Under the pieces are notes generated by a model. It made no database searches and was not told the origin of the DNA. It worked only from the letters and a program-made list of their open reading frames with translations. Positions 1-11,729 of a stretch of 64,000 bases of DNA are shown here, piece after piece (position 1 is the first letter of the stretch; each line of letters opens with the position of its first letter). The stretch is from Malacoraja senta (Eukaryota): NCBI GenBank assembly GCA_038087875.1, contig CM075984.1:44950001-45014000 (forward strand), given 5' to 3'. The position numbers and the translations under genes are program-made.

Positions 1-194
1 AAGATTTCATTTTTGAATGCTTTCTATTTAGAAGCTAATCCTATTATATGTTTTCTTTATGACATTAATCTCCAGTGCTATTTCTTGTAATTTCTGCTTC
101 CTGTTCTTCCCCTCCATTTAAATTCTTATTTTCCATGTAAAAGGTGATCTCTTTATTTACCTTTTAAATGTCATTCCTCACACATATCTGTTAC

Positions 195-450
195 AGCGAG
201 AGGGGAAAGATTTAATAGGAATCTGAGGGGCAACATAGGGTGGTGGGTATGTGGAATAAGCTTCCAGAGGAGGTAGACGAGGCAGGTACTATCATGACAT
301 TTAAAGAAACATTTAGACAGGTACATGGATAGGAAAGAATATGGGCCAAATGCAGACAAATGGAACCAGTAGAGACAGGGCATCTTGGTTGGCATGGGCA
401 AGTTGCGCAAAATGGCCTGTTTCCATGCTGTATGACTCTGTGAATCTATA
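195..450 (+). mobile_element. CR1-clade LINE 3' fragment
   Basis: Matches the CR1 ORF2 end/3' UTR seen in other copies (gaggtag..gaggcaggtactat..tttagacaggtacatggatagg..gcctgtttccatgctgtatgactct). Confidence 0.8.
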
Positions 451-492
451 GACCATCCTTAGCAGGCAAATACTTGTCCAGTGCATAATGCC

Positions 493-610
493 TTGGAAGG
501 AACTGCAGATTCTATTTACGAAGATAGACACAAAATGCTGGAGTAACTCAGCAGGTCAGGCAGCACCTCTGGCAAAAAGGAATCGGTAACGTTTCGAGTC
601 GGAACTGCAG
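493..610 (-). mobile_element. Penelope-like terminal repeat fragment
   Basis: ggaaggaactgcagat...gatagacacaaaatgctggagtaactcagc family repeat. Confidence 0.75.
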
Positions 611-2289
611 TTAGAGAAGTTGATCCAGATTCTGAAAGATTCTAATTTTTAATGCTCTCTCGTTCGAAATTAACTCCATCGTATGTGTTCTTCGTGATAT
701 TAATCTCCAATGCTACTTTTTGTCATTTCTATGCTTTCATCCCCTCCATTTAAATCCTTATTTTCCACGTAAAAGGTGATCTTTTTATTTGCCTTATAAA
801 TTTAAATCCTCGTGTCTGTTCAAATTCACTTCCAAATATAATTCAACAATATTTTATTAATGTCTGCTAACAGTTTATGTTCTTTTCATTTATGACTATC
901 TAACCCTTTCTATTAGCTGTCATTTGTAAATTTAGATCATTGTGTTTTTTGCTGACAAATTCTACATCATGAATATACTGCAGTGAAACACCAGTGCTTG
1001 GCCTGTGTTAAGCCACCAGTTTCTACTTTCTCTTATTCTAAATAGCTATCTTTTCCCACGACTATTTATTTTATCTGGCCTTTTGATGCAGGGTGCAAGG
1101 AATTAACTTTTTTAATTGCTCATCACTTCCTTTTACTTCCTGCCCAAAGACTTTATACAACGGTTCAGCTTCATGCACAAACAGTGAGATAGAGATATCT
1201 GGGATTTTATTCAAATATATTCACGTCGTTCTTAGATGAAGGCAAAATTATTAAATCCGTTTGGAATTACTTTCCCCTTCCATTATCAAAATAGTGGAAA
1301 CATCACTCCAGACGGAAGTGTTTAGAAAAAAAATACATTGAGGCACTCACGAGTTGCATTAACTCAGCCATGATTGAATGGCACAGTAGACCTGATGGGC
1401 CAAATGGCCTAATTCTGCTCCTATGACATGGGCCTATTAACTGTGGATCCAACGTAATAGTATTATTTTAAGCGAAACTGGAGGAAAGTTTATTTTCATT
1501 CATGCTAAGCGTACGAATAATTTCTAAATGGTTACTGTTTGCATTTAATATACGGGAGAAAGAAACACGGACTTTGCAGACAATTCAGCAGAATGGGTCC
1601 TAAATTAAAATCTATAAGCTTTTCAAGCTGTCTCTCTTCTGCAGCAGGAATCCCCCAGGTCAAAGAGCTTGGCTGGAAATATCATTTGACTCGCCAGCAT
1701 ACCTCTTTGCCTTTAAGTAAACCTACCAGCATTTTTGTATGTCTGATGCTGAAATGCCCTCCACTTTAAATTTTCAATGTGATCTGGGGCCAATTTGTAT
1801 GAGATCCTCGCAAAAGCAAATAACGCACATTAATTTCAGCAACACTAAATTGACCACACTTACTGATTCCTTGGCAGTGTGGATTCTGTGGGATGTGTGG
1901 GACTAGGTCAGTCCTCTTTTTGTGCTGGAGGGTAATGCCATAATCTGCATCTCTGGAGGTGATACATGGACTCCAGAATGTAGATCCGTGCATGCTATTT
2001 GCCTAATATACTGAGGAGTAGGGCTTGCTGTTTGGCATATCACATTGTCCTGAGAAATGGCATCATTCCACTGAACACTGGATCTGAGTTCCCAATGATT
2101 ACCAGACACGTTAGTCCAATGGCATATGTTTGATCTTGAAAGATCAATCCAAGACGGCAACCCAAGATGGGGCAACCCAAGATGGCGCAAAGCCAGGCGA
2201 CCCCTTGAATGTTGGTTCCAGAAGGGGATCTGCCAACATACATTACAATTGTTCTACTCTTTTAAATCTTCCACAGCAATATTTCTTAC

Positions 2290-2465
2290 ACAAGTTATGC
2301 TATGATATACCTCTTAACCTGTATCTGTACACTGTGGACAGCTTGACTGTAATCTTGTATGGTCTTTTCGTTAACTGGATAGCATGCAACAAAAGAAGCT
2401 TTACACTGTACCTCGGTACATGTGACAATAATAAACTAAACTAAACTAACCTAAACTAAACTAAG
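2290..2465 (+). mobile_element. Rex1/Babar-type LINE 3' UTR with (ctaaa)n tail
   Basis: Same tail as the 11730-12265 copy (gtacactgtggacagcttga..cactgtacctcggtacatgtgacaataataaa). Confidence 0.7.
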
Positions 2466-2699
2466 CTTTGAAAGATAGAAACTTTCATCCTGATCCATTG
2501 TATTTAAAAGCTAATGGGAAGATTGCAGAGTCATAGACACCAGGGAGTAGTCTAGGTTCTGCATTTAAAAGAGACAGAATTCCAGTTGTCCATCGATGTA
2601 CCTTTTTGGACACTGTCGGCATTATTTCATGTAGGTGGGATTGTCCTTCTCTACCTCATACTAATTAGTCCCAGAGTCCTCAACTCCAAGCCCATTTTA

Positions 2700-2926
2700 C
2701 ACAACTTTTTTACACAAAGGGTGGTGGGTGTATGGAACGAGGTAGTTGAGGCAGGGATTATCGCAACGTTTAAGAAACAATTAAGCAGGTACATGGATGG
2801 AACAGGTTTGGAGGGATATGGGCAAGCAGGTGGGACTAGTGTCGATGGGACATGTTGGTCAGTGTGGGCAAGTTGGGCCGAAGGGCCTGTTTCCACGCTG
2901 TATCACTCTATGACTCTTTGACTCTA
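2700..2926 (+). mobile_element. CR1-clade LINE 3' fragment
   Basis: Translates NFFTQRVVGVWNE...FKKQLSRYMD, the CR1 ORF2 C-terminus. Confidence 0.85.
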
Positions 2927-3077
2927 GAAGCAACGTATTATAGAAGCTTGGTAAAAAGAAGACAGATGAAGGTGCAATAGTTTCTTCCTGTCCTCACACG
3001 ATACAATGAAATTTCTAGGCATTTCTCTTCAACTTTCACCAGCACTTACCCCATCCCTGAGCGCAGAATATTTTTGG

Positions 3078-3410
3078 AAAGAACGTGCTTTTAAATTATT
3101 GTACTTACAACCTTAAAACATCAGAAAGCACTTAATAGTCAATGAAGTCCTTTAAAGCGTGAATGCTGCTGTAATGTTGGGAAACAAGGCTGCCATTTTA
3201 CACACAAGATCCCAGAAATAGACAAGCTTTAAATGATAATCTTGTTTTCCGATGGAGGTTGAGGTTAAGTTGTAGAAAGACACAGCCCCCTCGATGTCAT
3301 GCAGATCAGGATAATTATGCGTCCTTTAAAGGATCAAACTCACAACATTGTGACTGAGGCTGCGGGATCATGAATGGCGCTATATAAATGCAAGTCTGTT
3401 TCCTTTCCCT
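3078..3410 (-). mobile_element. Old DeuSINE (SacSINE1/AmnSINE1-like) fragment plus an opposite-strand L2-type tail
   Basis: caatgaagt..gctgtaatgttgggaaacaaggctgccattt..cacaagatccca resembles the recalled antisense Deu domain. ggcgctatataaatgcaagtc is the typical tail. Confidence 0.55.
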
Positions 3411-3893
3411 TTTAGCATGCCATCACTGGACAAAGGTCGATACCCCACTTTTTCCTACTTTACAATGAATTTCTTTGTGCGTTTCTACCAGATCTTTGAC
3501 TGGGAGACCTACTATGAAAATGGCTTATGAACCATCCATTATGGCAGCCTGAAAGGCAACTCACTGTGCCAGACATTGCCCACCGTACCTGCTGCTGTTT
3601 AGCCAACTGATGAAGTCTTCATATTTTTTTTTGCCTTTCAGAGACAACCATCCCCACACCGCACCACTCAGAATTACTCTACTTAATTTCAAATGGAAAT
3701 ACAAATGAACTGAACCCTCCCTTTGGAGAACTTCAAAGGGTGAACATTTTGCCTCTAGTCACAACACCTCTACGGATAGTCACAACCTGTAAATTTATTC
3801 AAGATATGTGATTTTAATATGGAACAAAGGTTTTGTTCTCCAGTAGAAGTATTCAAACAATGAAATTCACTGTAAGGGGACAATCATATAGAA

Positions 3894-5528
3894 CAGGGAC
3901 GGATTTAGATGAAGAGAGGCCCTAGGCTATTCCACTTGTGAGGCCCCTCCCTATCCCCCACCCCCACGACGAGAGGAAGATGGAAGAGTCCACCAGATTG
4001 ACACCGATGTGCAGCCGAGCGTGGCCAATGAGATAAGGGCTGGAAAGCTGCGCTTTTTATTTATTGCCAGTGCTAGTGTCGAGTTTTCGGCTTAAAACAC
4101 TATTATTCTGAAATGCAGGGCAAGGAACATTACTGAAGTGTTGTTTAGAGACTACAGTGCGTTGTGACAGCATATGTAAGAAAGGCATATGACAAAAATA
4201 TTATACACCAGGCCTGTATGACGCTTTTCAAAAAGGGGCTGGCATGGCAGGATTACAAAATTTTTATGTGAAATAAGTGCACGCAGCGCATATCACAAGC
4301 GTGAAACTTAAAGACCCTTGAGGTCGGGGTCCGGGGTTTTAGATGCTCTATGGTGCATTCTGAGCCTTACTTTGGTGCATTTTTGCACCAAATTTATGAC
4401 CAATATTTCAGAAATAATTTTGGTTGAGTCGAGAGTAATGAGTGGTTGGAATGGGATGATTGGGGTCATTGTTGTATACATTTTTTTAAATCAAGAATTG
4501 AAGCTGTTTTAATAATCAAGTTGTACTGTAAAATGTTATAAAGGAGCATGCAAACACTGCAAATAAAATACTGTAAGTTTTTGCAGTAAATAAAATGTTT
4601 GTGTGTTGATTTGATTGCCTGTTACTGTTCGACTGTGTTAGTGTGTGCACATTAAAAATATGATGCAAAATGAAAGTCGCAAACTATGGAAAACATATTT
4701 TTCAGTATTGTTATCAAGGAAAAGAAAGCAGTTCCAATTGTTTGATATTATTCATATGGATGAGAAAATATAATTGCTCTAAAACCTATCTTAATTTTTC
4801 AATATCACTAAAGATAATCCCCCTTTCCCTCTCCCCCTCCTCCTTCCCCCTCCCTCTCCCTCCACCTCTCTCTCCCTCCCCATCTCTCTCTCCCCCTCCC
4901 CTCCCTCTCTCTGCTCTGTCTCAACTCCCCCTTTCTCCTCTCATCCCCCCCACTCTACCTTCCTTCCCTCCCCCTCTCTTTCCCTCCCACGCAGCGAGGC
5001 TCCGACTCAGCACCGCAGCCCCCCCCGCCCCACCCCGGAGAAACGTGCACTCCTGCAACGCAATATTCCACTACTTACCTGCAGTAGACACCTAGGATCT
5101 TTGGTAGACACGAGGCATCGAGGTGATTGTGTGGAGTGCAAATGGAGATCTGAACCCGCCCGGGCCCACTGCGTACGCGGGGTGAGACAGCGTCATTTTG
5201 CGTCGCTACTGCGTCGCCGGTTTCCCCCAACTGCACAGGCGCTGATGGTCACAATTTTTCCCCCCAAAACTTCCAGCGGGCCGGAACCAGAATTTCAGGT
5301 AATTTCAGGTAATTTCCGTCAAAGTGGAAACGTTGATAGTGCTACAATTTCTTTTGTCGGGATTTTTTTACTCTGGGAAAAAAACACCTTGGCCGGAGGC
5401 CCCCTAGATTTTGAGGCCCTAGGCTTCAGCCTATGAAGCCTATAGGTAAATCCGGCCCTGCCAAAGCCCCCCTAGATCTCGAGGCCCTAAGCTTAAGCTT
5501 GTGAAGCTTATACGTAAATCCGGCTCTG
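3894..5528. mobile_element. Non-autonomous hAT DNA transposon
   Basis: Terminal inverted repeats cagggacggattta / taaatccggctctg and a perfect 8-bp TSD ATATAGAA at 3886-3893 and 5529-5536. No transposase ORF. Confidence 0.88.
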
Positions 5529-5770
5529 ATATAGAAGCATTCACTGTCAATGAACAAAAAGGGGGAAATTCATTGGATGTAGACAAAGAATACACAGTGC
5601 ACAGTGATGCAGTGGTAGTGTTGCTACCTTACAGTTCCAGAAAACCGGGTTCGATCCTGGCCATGGGTGCTGTCTGCATGGAGTTTGTATGCTCTCCCTG
5701 CATGGGCTTTCTCCGAGAGCTCCAGTTTCCTCTCACACTCTAAAGACATACAGGTTTGTAGGTTGTTAAA

Positions 5771-5931
5771 GAAGGAACTGCAGATGCTGGAAAATCGAAG
5801 GTACACAAAAATGCTGGAGAAACTCAGCGGTTGCACCCTGAAGAAGGGTTTCGGCCCGAAACGTTGCCTATTTCCTTCGCTCCATAGATGCTGCTGCACC
5901 CGCTGAGTTTCTCCAGCATTTTTGTGTACCT
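5771..5931. mobile_element. Inverted Penelope-like terminal repeat pair with a hammerhead ribozyme motif
   Basis: Inverted arms of about 37 bp; caggtttgtaggtt is duplicated on both flanks; the CTGAAGA...GAAAC core is at 5838-5865. Confidence 0.75.
5838..5865 (+). ncRNA. Minimal type I hammerhead ribozyme motif (best-preserved core)
   Basis: CUGAAGA-A-GGGU(UUCG)GCCC-GAAA-C-GUU. Stem I is not evident in this copy. Confidence 0.6.
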
Positions 5932-6064
5932 CAGGTTTGTAGGTTAATTGGCTTTGGTAAATGTGTAAAGTGTGCCTGGTGTATGAGGGTGATCGCTGGT
6001 CGGCGCGGACTTGGTGGGCCAAGGGCCTGTTTCCATGCTGTATCTCTAAAGTCTAAAGCCGAAA

Positions 6065-7010
6065 AGTCTAATACAGCAGAAGGTTTCTCCGTAAATATAT
6101 AGCTCACATTAGCATTGCATGAAGATTCACAGTGAGTAATAACTTTTCTCAAAGGGAGATCCAACATAATTCCATACTTCATTTACAACCTCGCTCTTGG
6201 CCTTAAGTACATACTTATAATAAATTTCTGCTGCATAAGATGTTCATTTACAGTGAAGTTCCTTCATCAACCACCCCTGACTTACATAGTGTCAGCTTTC
6301 AGTAAGTCTTCTAGCACAGACAGTTTATACAGTGGAAGGATTTGTTGTAAATGGACAAGTTGAACAGGGAATTTACTGTAAATTGACAATTCCTGCAGGG
6401 GATTCACTGTAAATAGACACTCAGTACAAAGTGAATTCTTTTTGAATGGACACATTATATAGCGGGGAGATTCACTAATTCAATATGTTATACACGGGGT
6501 ACACTATGAAAGGCCATTTTATTTTAAGGAGATCCGCAGTAAATGGATACTTTTTACAAGGAAACATCCAGTAAATACTTGAGTTATGTCGGAGACCACC
6601 ACAAGCATACCATTTATACATGGAGATATACTGTAAATAGAGCGCTTATATGGAAGATTCCACTTAATAGGATGCTTCATGGAGCAGTGGTTTACGGCAA
6701 ATGAACAGTCATTACAAAGCAAACTCACTACTAAGTACATTCAATGCAGCAGGAGGCTGCGCTGACTCTACAAAATGTGTCTGTAGGGGATTCATGGTCA
6801 GTGATCACTCTAAATTCAAAGTAAACTGACGCTGTACACAGAGGTTCACTGTAAACAGCTGCTTCTGTGCAGGAAAGGTCGTTGTATAGCAATACTTAAT
6901 ACAGCAGGGACTCACCCTGTAAATGAGCACTTATGTAAATTGACACTTATTGGATGCTGATTGAATCTGAATCACAGTTAATACCGGAAGATTCAGTATA
7001 ATTAGATGCT
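6065..7010 (+). repeat. Degenerate tandem array with a unit of about 33-36 bp
   Basis: Recurrent (g)attcactgtaaatggacac..atacagc motif. Confidence 0.75.
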
Positions 7011-7237
7011 GCAGGTTAATTAACGACTTTCATGAACATCAGCGACTGAAAATCTTCCCTTCCTGATCTTAAAATGCTCCAACTCTGCATTCTACTCAGA
7101 TTAATCTACATTCAATTTTTCTATTTATATCATCCACATTAATAACAATTATTTCAGTCATTTCACCTTGGTACTCGTATACCTTGTAATTCCCTGCATC
7201 GAATTCAATCTTTGCACCTGGAACATTCAAAGATTTT

Positions 7238-7620
7238 TGTAGGAAGGAACTGCAGATGCTGGTTTAAACTGAAGATAGACACAACAAGCTAGAGTAACTC
7301 AGCAGGACAGGCAGCATCTCTGGAGAAAAGGAATAGGTGACGTTTCGGGTCGAGACCCTTAGTTTGCAGCGATCAAAATTCATGATCTAAATTTTTTAAA
7401 TGTACATAATCCCACTCAGCGACTATCTTTAACTATTGTGTTAACCAAGAAATACAGCTTTTACCCACTGTTAATGTTCTAAAAATTGGAAAAAGTCTGA
7501 AGAAGAGTCTCTACCCGAAACGTCACCTATTCCTTTTCTCCAGAGATGCTGACCCGCTGAGTTGCTCCAGTTTTTGTGTCTATCTTCGGTTTAAACCAGC
7601 ATCTGCAGTTCCTTCCTACA
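7238..7620. mobile_element. Inverted pair of Penelope-like terminal repeats
   Basis: 7238-7360 and 7495-7620 are reverse complements around a spacer of about 130 bp. Confidence 0.8.
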
Positions 7621-8635
7621 CTAAAAATTTGTATCTTTGGTTGTTCCAACAAATTGTTTCAATGGATCCAAAGATTCAGGCAGGTTACAATTTAGTGAAT
7701 CCAATAATAAGGTTGAGTTCAAACCAGTGAACATTCAGATTAATTTGAATTACTGATTTAATATCTGAAGAGCATATTCCACCATTATGTTACGGCCCTG
7801 CCTTTATATCAATTGTGTATTTAACAATGTGGTTAAACCCTTTGTGCGCATATACTGAAGTACAGCCCATATATCTCAGTGTTTAAAATCTATTCTGTTT
7901 TTTTGTTGAGAGGAGTTATTAGCAATGTGATTGAAACATTTTAATCACAGGCCACACAAGTAAGTTGTTTCCTCTAATAAATTGTTTCAGGATCCATGGA
8001 GGCTCATTAGCAACCAAGATCCTTTGAGGTAAGACTCAATGTAGACAAAAACCAACATTCTTGGCTTTGATTCTGTTTCAAGTTGTTTAATTGGTTTAAC
8101 ACTTCTTTAATTGCTGAATACAATTAATTGCTCTTTTGTGGAAATGGTTGGGGAATATTACATTAAATATGCATGAAAACAGAGCTTTCATTCATTTGAA
8201 TCATACCGAGTGTAAAAACAAAATATGGAAAATACAATTATGCATGGGTGCAATGGGAAAAAACGTGTTGGGTTCTGACTGCTGCTTAAAACAGTAAGCT
8301 TCCTAATGTTAACACTCAGACCATTTTCAAGTGATGGGGCTGATAAATCAGACACATGATCAGGCCAGGCTCAAGTGGAGAGATCAGACGTATATTTAAG
8401 CTGGAGTACAGTGATCGGGAGCCCAGAAGATGGTTCAATGGTTCTTTATAGTTAGCTTAAGATAAGGTATACAAAAATATATTTCACTGTACCTCGGTAC
8501 ATGTGACAAATAAAGTTCCCTACCATAACATCAGTGGGGATGAACTGGGGAACAGGGTGGATGAGATAATAAAACAAACAAAAAAAATAATTCTGTAAGG
8601 AAATTTATATTTCATAAACTGGCTCCCTGGCAAAG

Positions 8636-8812
8636 AAACAGATATGCACATAATGCTGGAGTAACTCAGCGGGACAGGCAGCATCTCTTGAGAGATGGAA
8701 TAGGTGACGTTTCGGGTCTCGACCCAAAACATCACCTATTCCTTCTCTCTGAGTTACTCCAGCATTTTATGTCTATCTTTGGTATAAATCAGCATCTGCA
8801 GTTCCTTCCCAC
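8636..8812. mobile_element. Inverted Penelope-like terminal repeat pair
   Basis: atgctggagtaactcag ... ctgagttactccagcat. Confidence 0.75.
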
Positions 8813-8879
8813 AAATAAATGCTTGGCCACTTTTAAATAATGTTATAGCAAACCTCATCTCTTTGTTTAAGGCCTGATT

Positions 8880-9535
8880 CATTGTGAATGGCAGTGCATG
8901 AAGTGAACCATAGTGTTCTGCTGCTGAGGTAGATCTAGGATTGTGCAGGGCAATTCAAGAACCTGATGGTTGTAGGAAAGTGACTCTTCCCAAATCTGGT
9001 GATGTGAGACATCAGGCATCTGTACCTCCTGGCCAAGGGTAGCAGTGAGTAGAGGGATGGGGCAGATGGTGATGATAGATGCTGACTTCCTGAGGCAGCT
9101 CCTCATGTAGGTGCTTTCATTAGTGTGATGGGCTTTGACTCTGGAGAATGGTGGAAATGTTATGACCAATTCTAACGGAATGAGGTCTGCCTGTCAGGAA
9201 GTCCATAAGCCAAGTGTAGGTAGAGATCCCAAAGTCAAGGAGCAAAACTTTAGGGATGCGCTTATTTGGAATGATGGTGTTAAAGGCTGAGCTGTAGGCA
9301 GTGAATAGTTTTCTAGCATTGTCAAGGTGATGCAAAGCTGAATGGAGTTCAATGGAGATGGCATCCTCTGTAGACCTATTTTTCCTGTATGCATATTGCA
9401 AGGGCTCCAGACTATCTGGGGGAATAGTATTGAATTGGGCCATTCTGATCTTTCCAAGCACATCATGGTGAATGTCAGAGCTATTGGGTGGGAGTCATTG
9501 AGACAGGTCACCATATTATTCCTGAGGACTGGAAT
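8880..9535 (-). mobile_element. Rex1/Babar-type LINE reverse transcriptase fragment (degenerate)
   Basis: ORF 9120..9461 reads LEPLQYAYRKNRSTEDAIS..LH.ALHHLD...SSAFNTIIP; frameshifted. Confidence 0.85.
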
Positions 9536-9934
9536 TACTTCTTTTTTAATCCGCGTAATATTCTCTGGAATTCTACAATTACAGAAATCATATTTTCTGT
9601 GCTTTTATTGAATTTTGCTGATTGCACAATTTGGCAAATTACTTGTGAAAATGTCAATTTTTTAAATTGGCACCCCTCTGGTTATAATGCAACTAAGAAT
9701 AAAGATTACACTGATGAATATTAGCAGTTTCCTTACATTGTCAAATTCAACTCCCCTATAGCACCTCTTCTAATGTGAAAAAGACATTTAAAAAAACATA
9801 AAAATCAAATTACAATTCAGTTTTTAAAATCCTACTTTCCACAATTGAATGATGAAAGTCTGCAATGTGGTGAATACTTATTATTATACACCCTGTTGAA
9901 CTTGGTATCATTTGTGAGGCACAGCAATATTGGA

Positions 9935-10240
9935 CTAAAAGGGGTCACAGTTTAAGTATAAGGGGTAGGCTATTTAGGACTGAGATGAGGAAAAACCTTT
10001 TCACCCAGAGAGATGTGAATCTGTGGAATTCTCTGCCGCAGAAGGCAGTGGAGACCAATTCACTGGATGTTTTCAAGAGAGAGGTAGATTTAGATCTTAG
10101 GAATATGGGGAGAAAGCAGGAACGGGGTACTGATTTTGGATGATCAGCCATGATCATATTGGATGGTGGTGCTGGCTCGAAGGGCTGAATGGCCTATTCC
10201 TGCACCTATTTTCTATGTTTCGACGTTTCTACATGTTTCT
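9935..10240 (+). mobile_element. CR1 LINE 3' fragment
   Basis: ggggtcacagtttaag...ttcacccagagag.tgtgaatctgtggaattctctgcc...cctgcacctattttctatgttt. Confidence 0.85.
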
Positions 10241-10544
10241 AAAATGAGGAAATCCAAGCTGATTTAATTTTCTTTTCATGGCGACAGTGTCAATGATATA
10301 CCAGAACACTGAGGCATTATTCTGTTGACAGTTCTTGGTTATTTAGTCTTCCTAAAATGAGACATTTGTCTGGCCGATAAGAGTTCCAACATGCATGGAT
10401 GATAAATGCCCACTTTAGATGAATTCTGGTATTTCTTTACTTAGAGTTGATCTATCTGAGGCTTGGATTTAATACACATTGGAAGCTGACCATTGACACT
10501 GGGATTTTTTTTTAAAGCTGCAGCAAAGATATTGATTACTGTGA

Positions 10545-11400
10545 TTCAATTCAATTCAATTTTGTTTATTTGTCTTTTGGACAAATTTGTCATTTGGATC
10601 CCTTGAGGTCCAAACGAAATATCGTTTCTGCAGCCATACATCACAAAACGAAGAAGACCCGAGACACAACACAATTTACACATACATCCATCACAGCGCT
10701 GTGATGGAAGGCAAAAAAAAACGTATCTCTCCACTGCACTCCCCCCCCCCCCCGATGTCAGAGTCAAAGTCAACGCCCCCGGCGGGCGATGGTGATCATC
10801 CCGCGGCCATTAAAGCCACGCCGGTTAATGCAGGGTCGCGCACCGGGTCTTGGTGTTAGAGCCCCGGCGCGCGCCCGCAAAGTCCAGCGGCCATTCCAAG
10901 CCGCGCGGGGCGGTTATGTAAAGCCCCGCTCCAGGTGCTTTTCAACCCCGCAACTCGGGCGGGAGAAATCGCCGCTGCGGAAGCCCCTCAGGGGAACCGC
11001 GGGCTTCCGGTGTTGCCGTCCGCCAGACCCGCGGTTGTAGCCTCCGAATCTCCGGGGGTCGGGTCGCAGCAGCGATTATTTCCACCACAGCTCCACCCGC
11101 TCCGGACTCGGCCAGCCCCGTGACGGTGAGCAGTCCGCAGCTCCGCAACTGGATCACCAGGTCGCTCCTGCTGGAGGCTGCTCCACGTCGCCCAGCCCCA
11201 ACGACAACGGAGACCCGACAAGAAAAGGTTGGGTCTCCCGTGCAGGGGGAAGATTTCAAAGTTTCCCCCCACCCCCCCACACACATACCCCGACAAAAAA
11301 AAAAAAAAAAAACTACATAAAAACGAGACAAAAATAATAAAAAGACAGACGGACTGCAGAGGCCGCTGCAAACGAGAGTCGCGCCGCCCGCCGATCACAT
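10545..11400 (-). mobile_element. GC/CpG-rich non-coding retroposon with a LINE-like (ttgaa)n tail
   Basis: Sharp GC-rich block; the minus-strand 3' end is ...tgacaaat..aataaacaaaattgaattgaattgaa; no credible ORF. Confidence 0.65.
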
Positions 11401-11509
11401 GAAGCTGCAGAAAATAAATGTAATGAGCCAAGTATATTCTGCATTTTTAGAAGTAACCGCTCCAGAACACAAACTGACATACCACTTAGTTAGCCACTAA
11501 CATTCCATG

Positions 11510-11672
11510 GATGTAGAACAGTACAGTACAGCACATCAACAGGCCCTTCGGCCCATAATGTTTGTGCTGTACACATTGCCAAGCTAAACTGATCCGTATT
11601 TCTCTGCACATGATCTGTATTCCTCTATTCCCTGCACATCCATGTGCTCATATAAAAGCCTCTTAAACGCTG
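11510..11672 (-). mobile_element. CR1 3' UTR fragment
   Basis: acaggcccttcggccca...catgtgc..ataaaagcctcttaaac. Confidence 0.65.
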
Positions 11673-11729
11673 CTATCGTATCTGCCTCTGACTTGTTAGT
11701 GTTCTTTTCATAGCACCTTTTCTTATAGC

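Larger units (their letters stand above)
5596..6060 (+). mobile_element. tRNA-derived HE1/V-SINE-like element interrupted by a Penelope-like insert
   Basis: B-box GGTTCGATCC, central V-domain-like segment and CR1-derived tail gggcctgtttccatgctgtatctctaaa. Confidence 0.85.

Noticed and set aside
4670-5436. Pro/Ser-rich ORFs inside the hAT element as a possible transposase
   Set aside because: They derive from a C/T low-complexity tract; no hAT transposase motifs.
10587-11431. Several overlapping ORFs in the GC-rich block
   Set aside because: Expected from the scarcity of stop codons at high GC; no recognisable domain.
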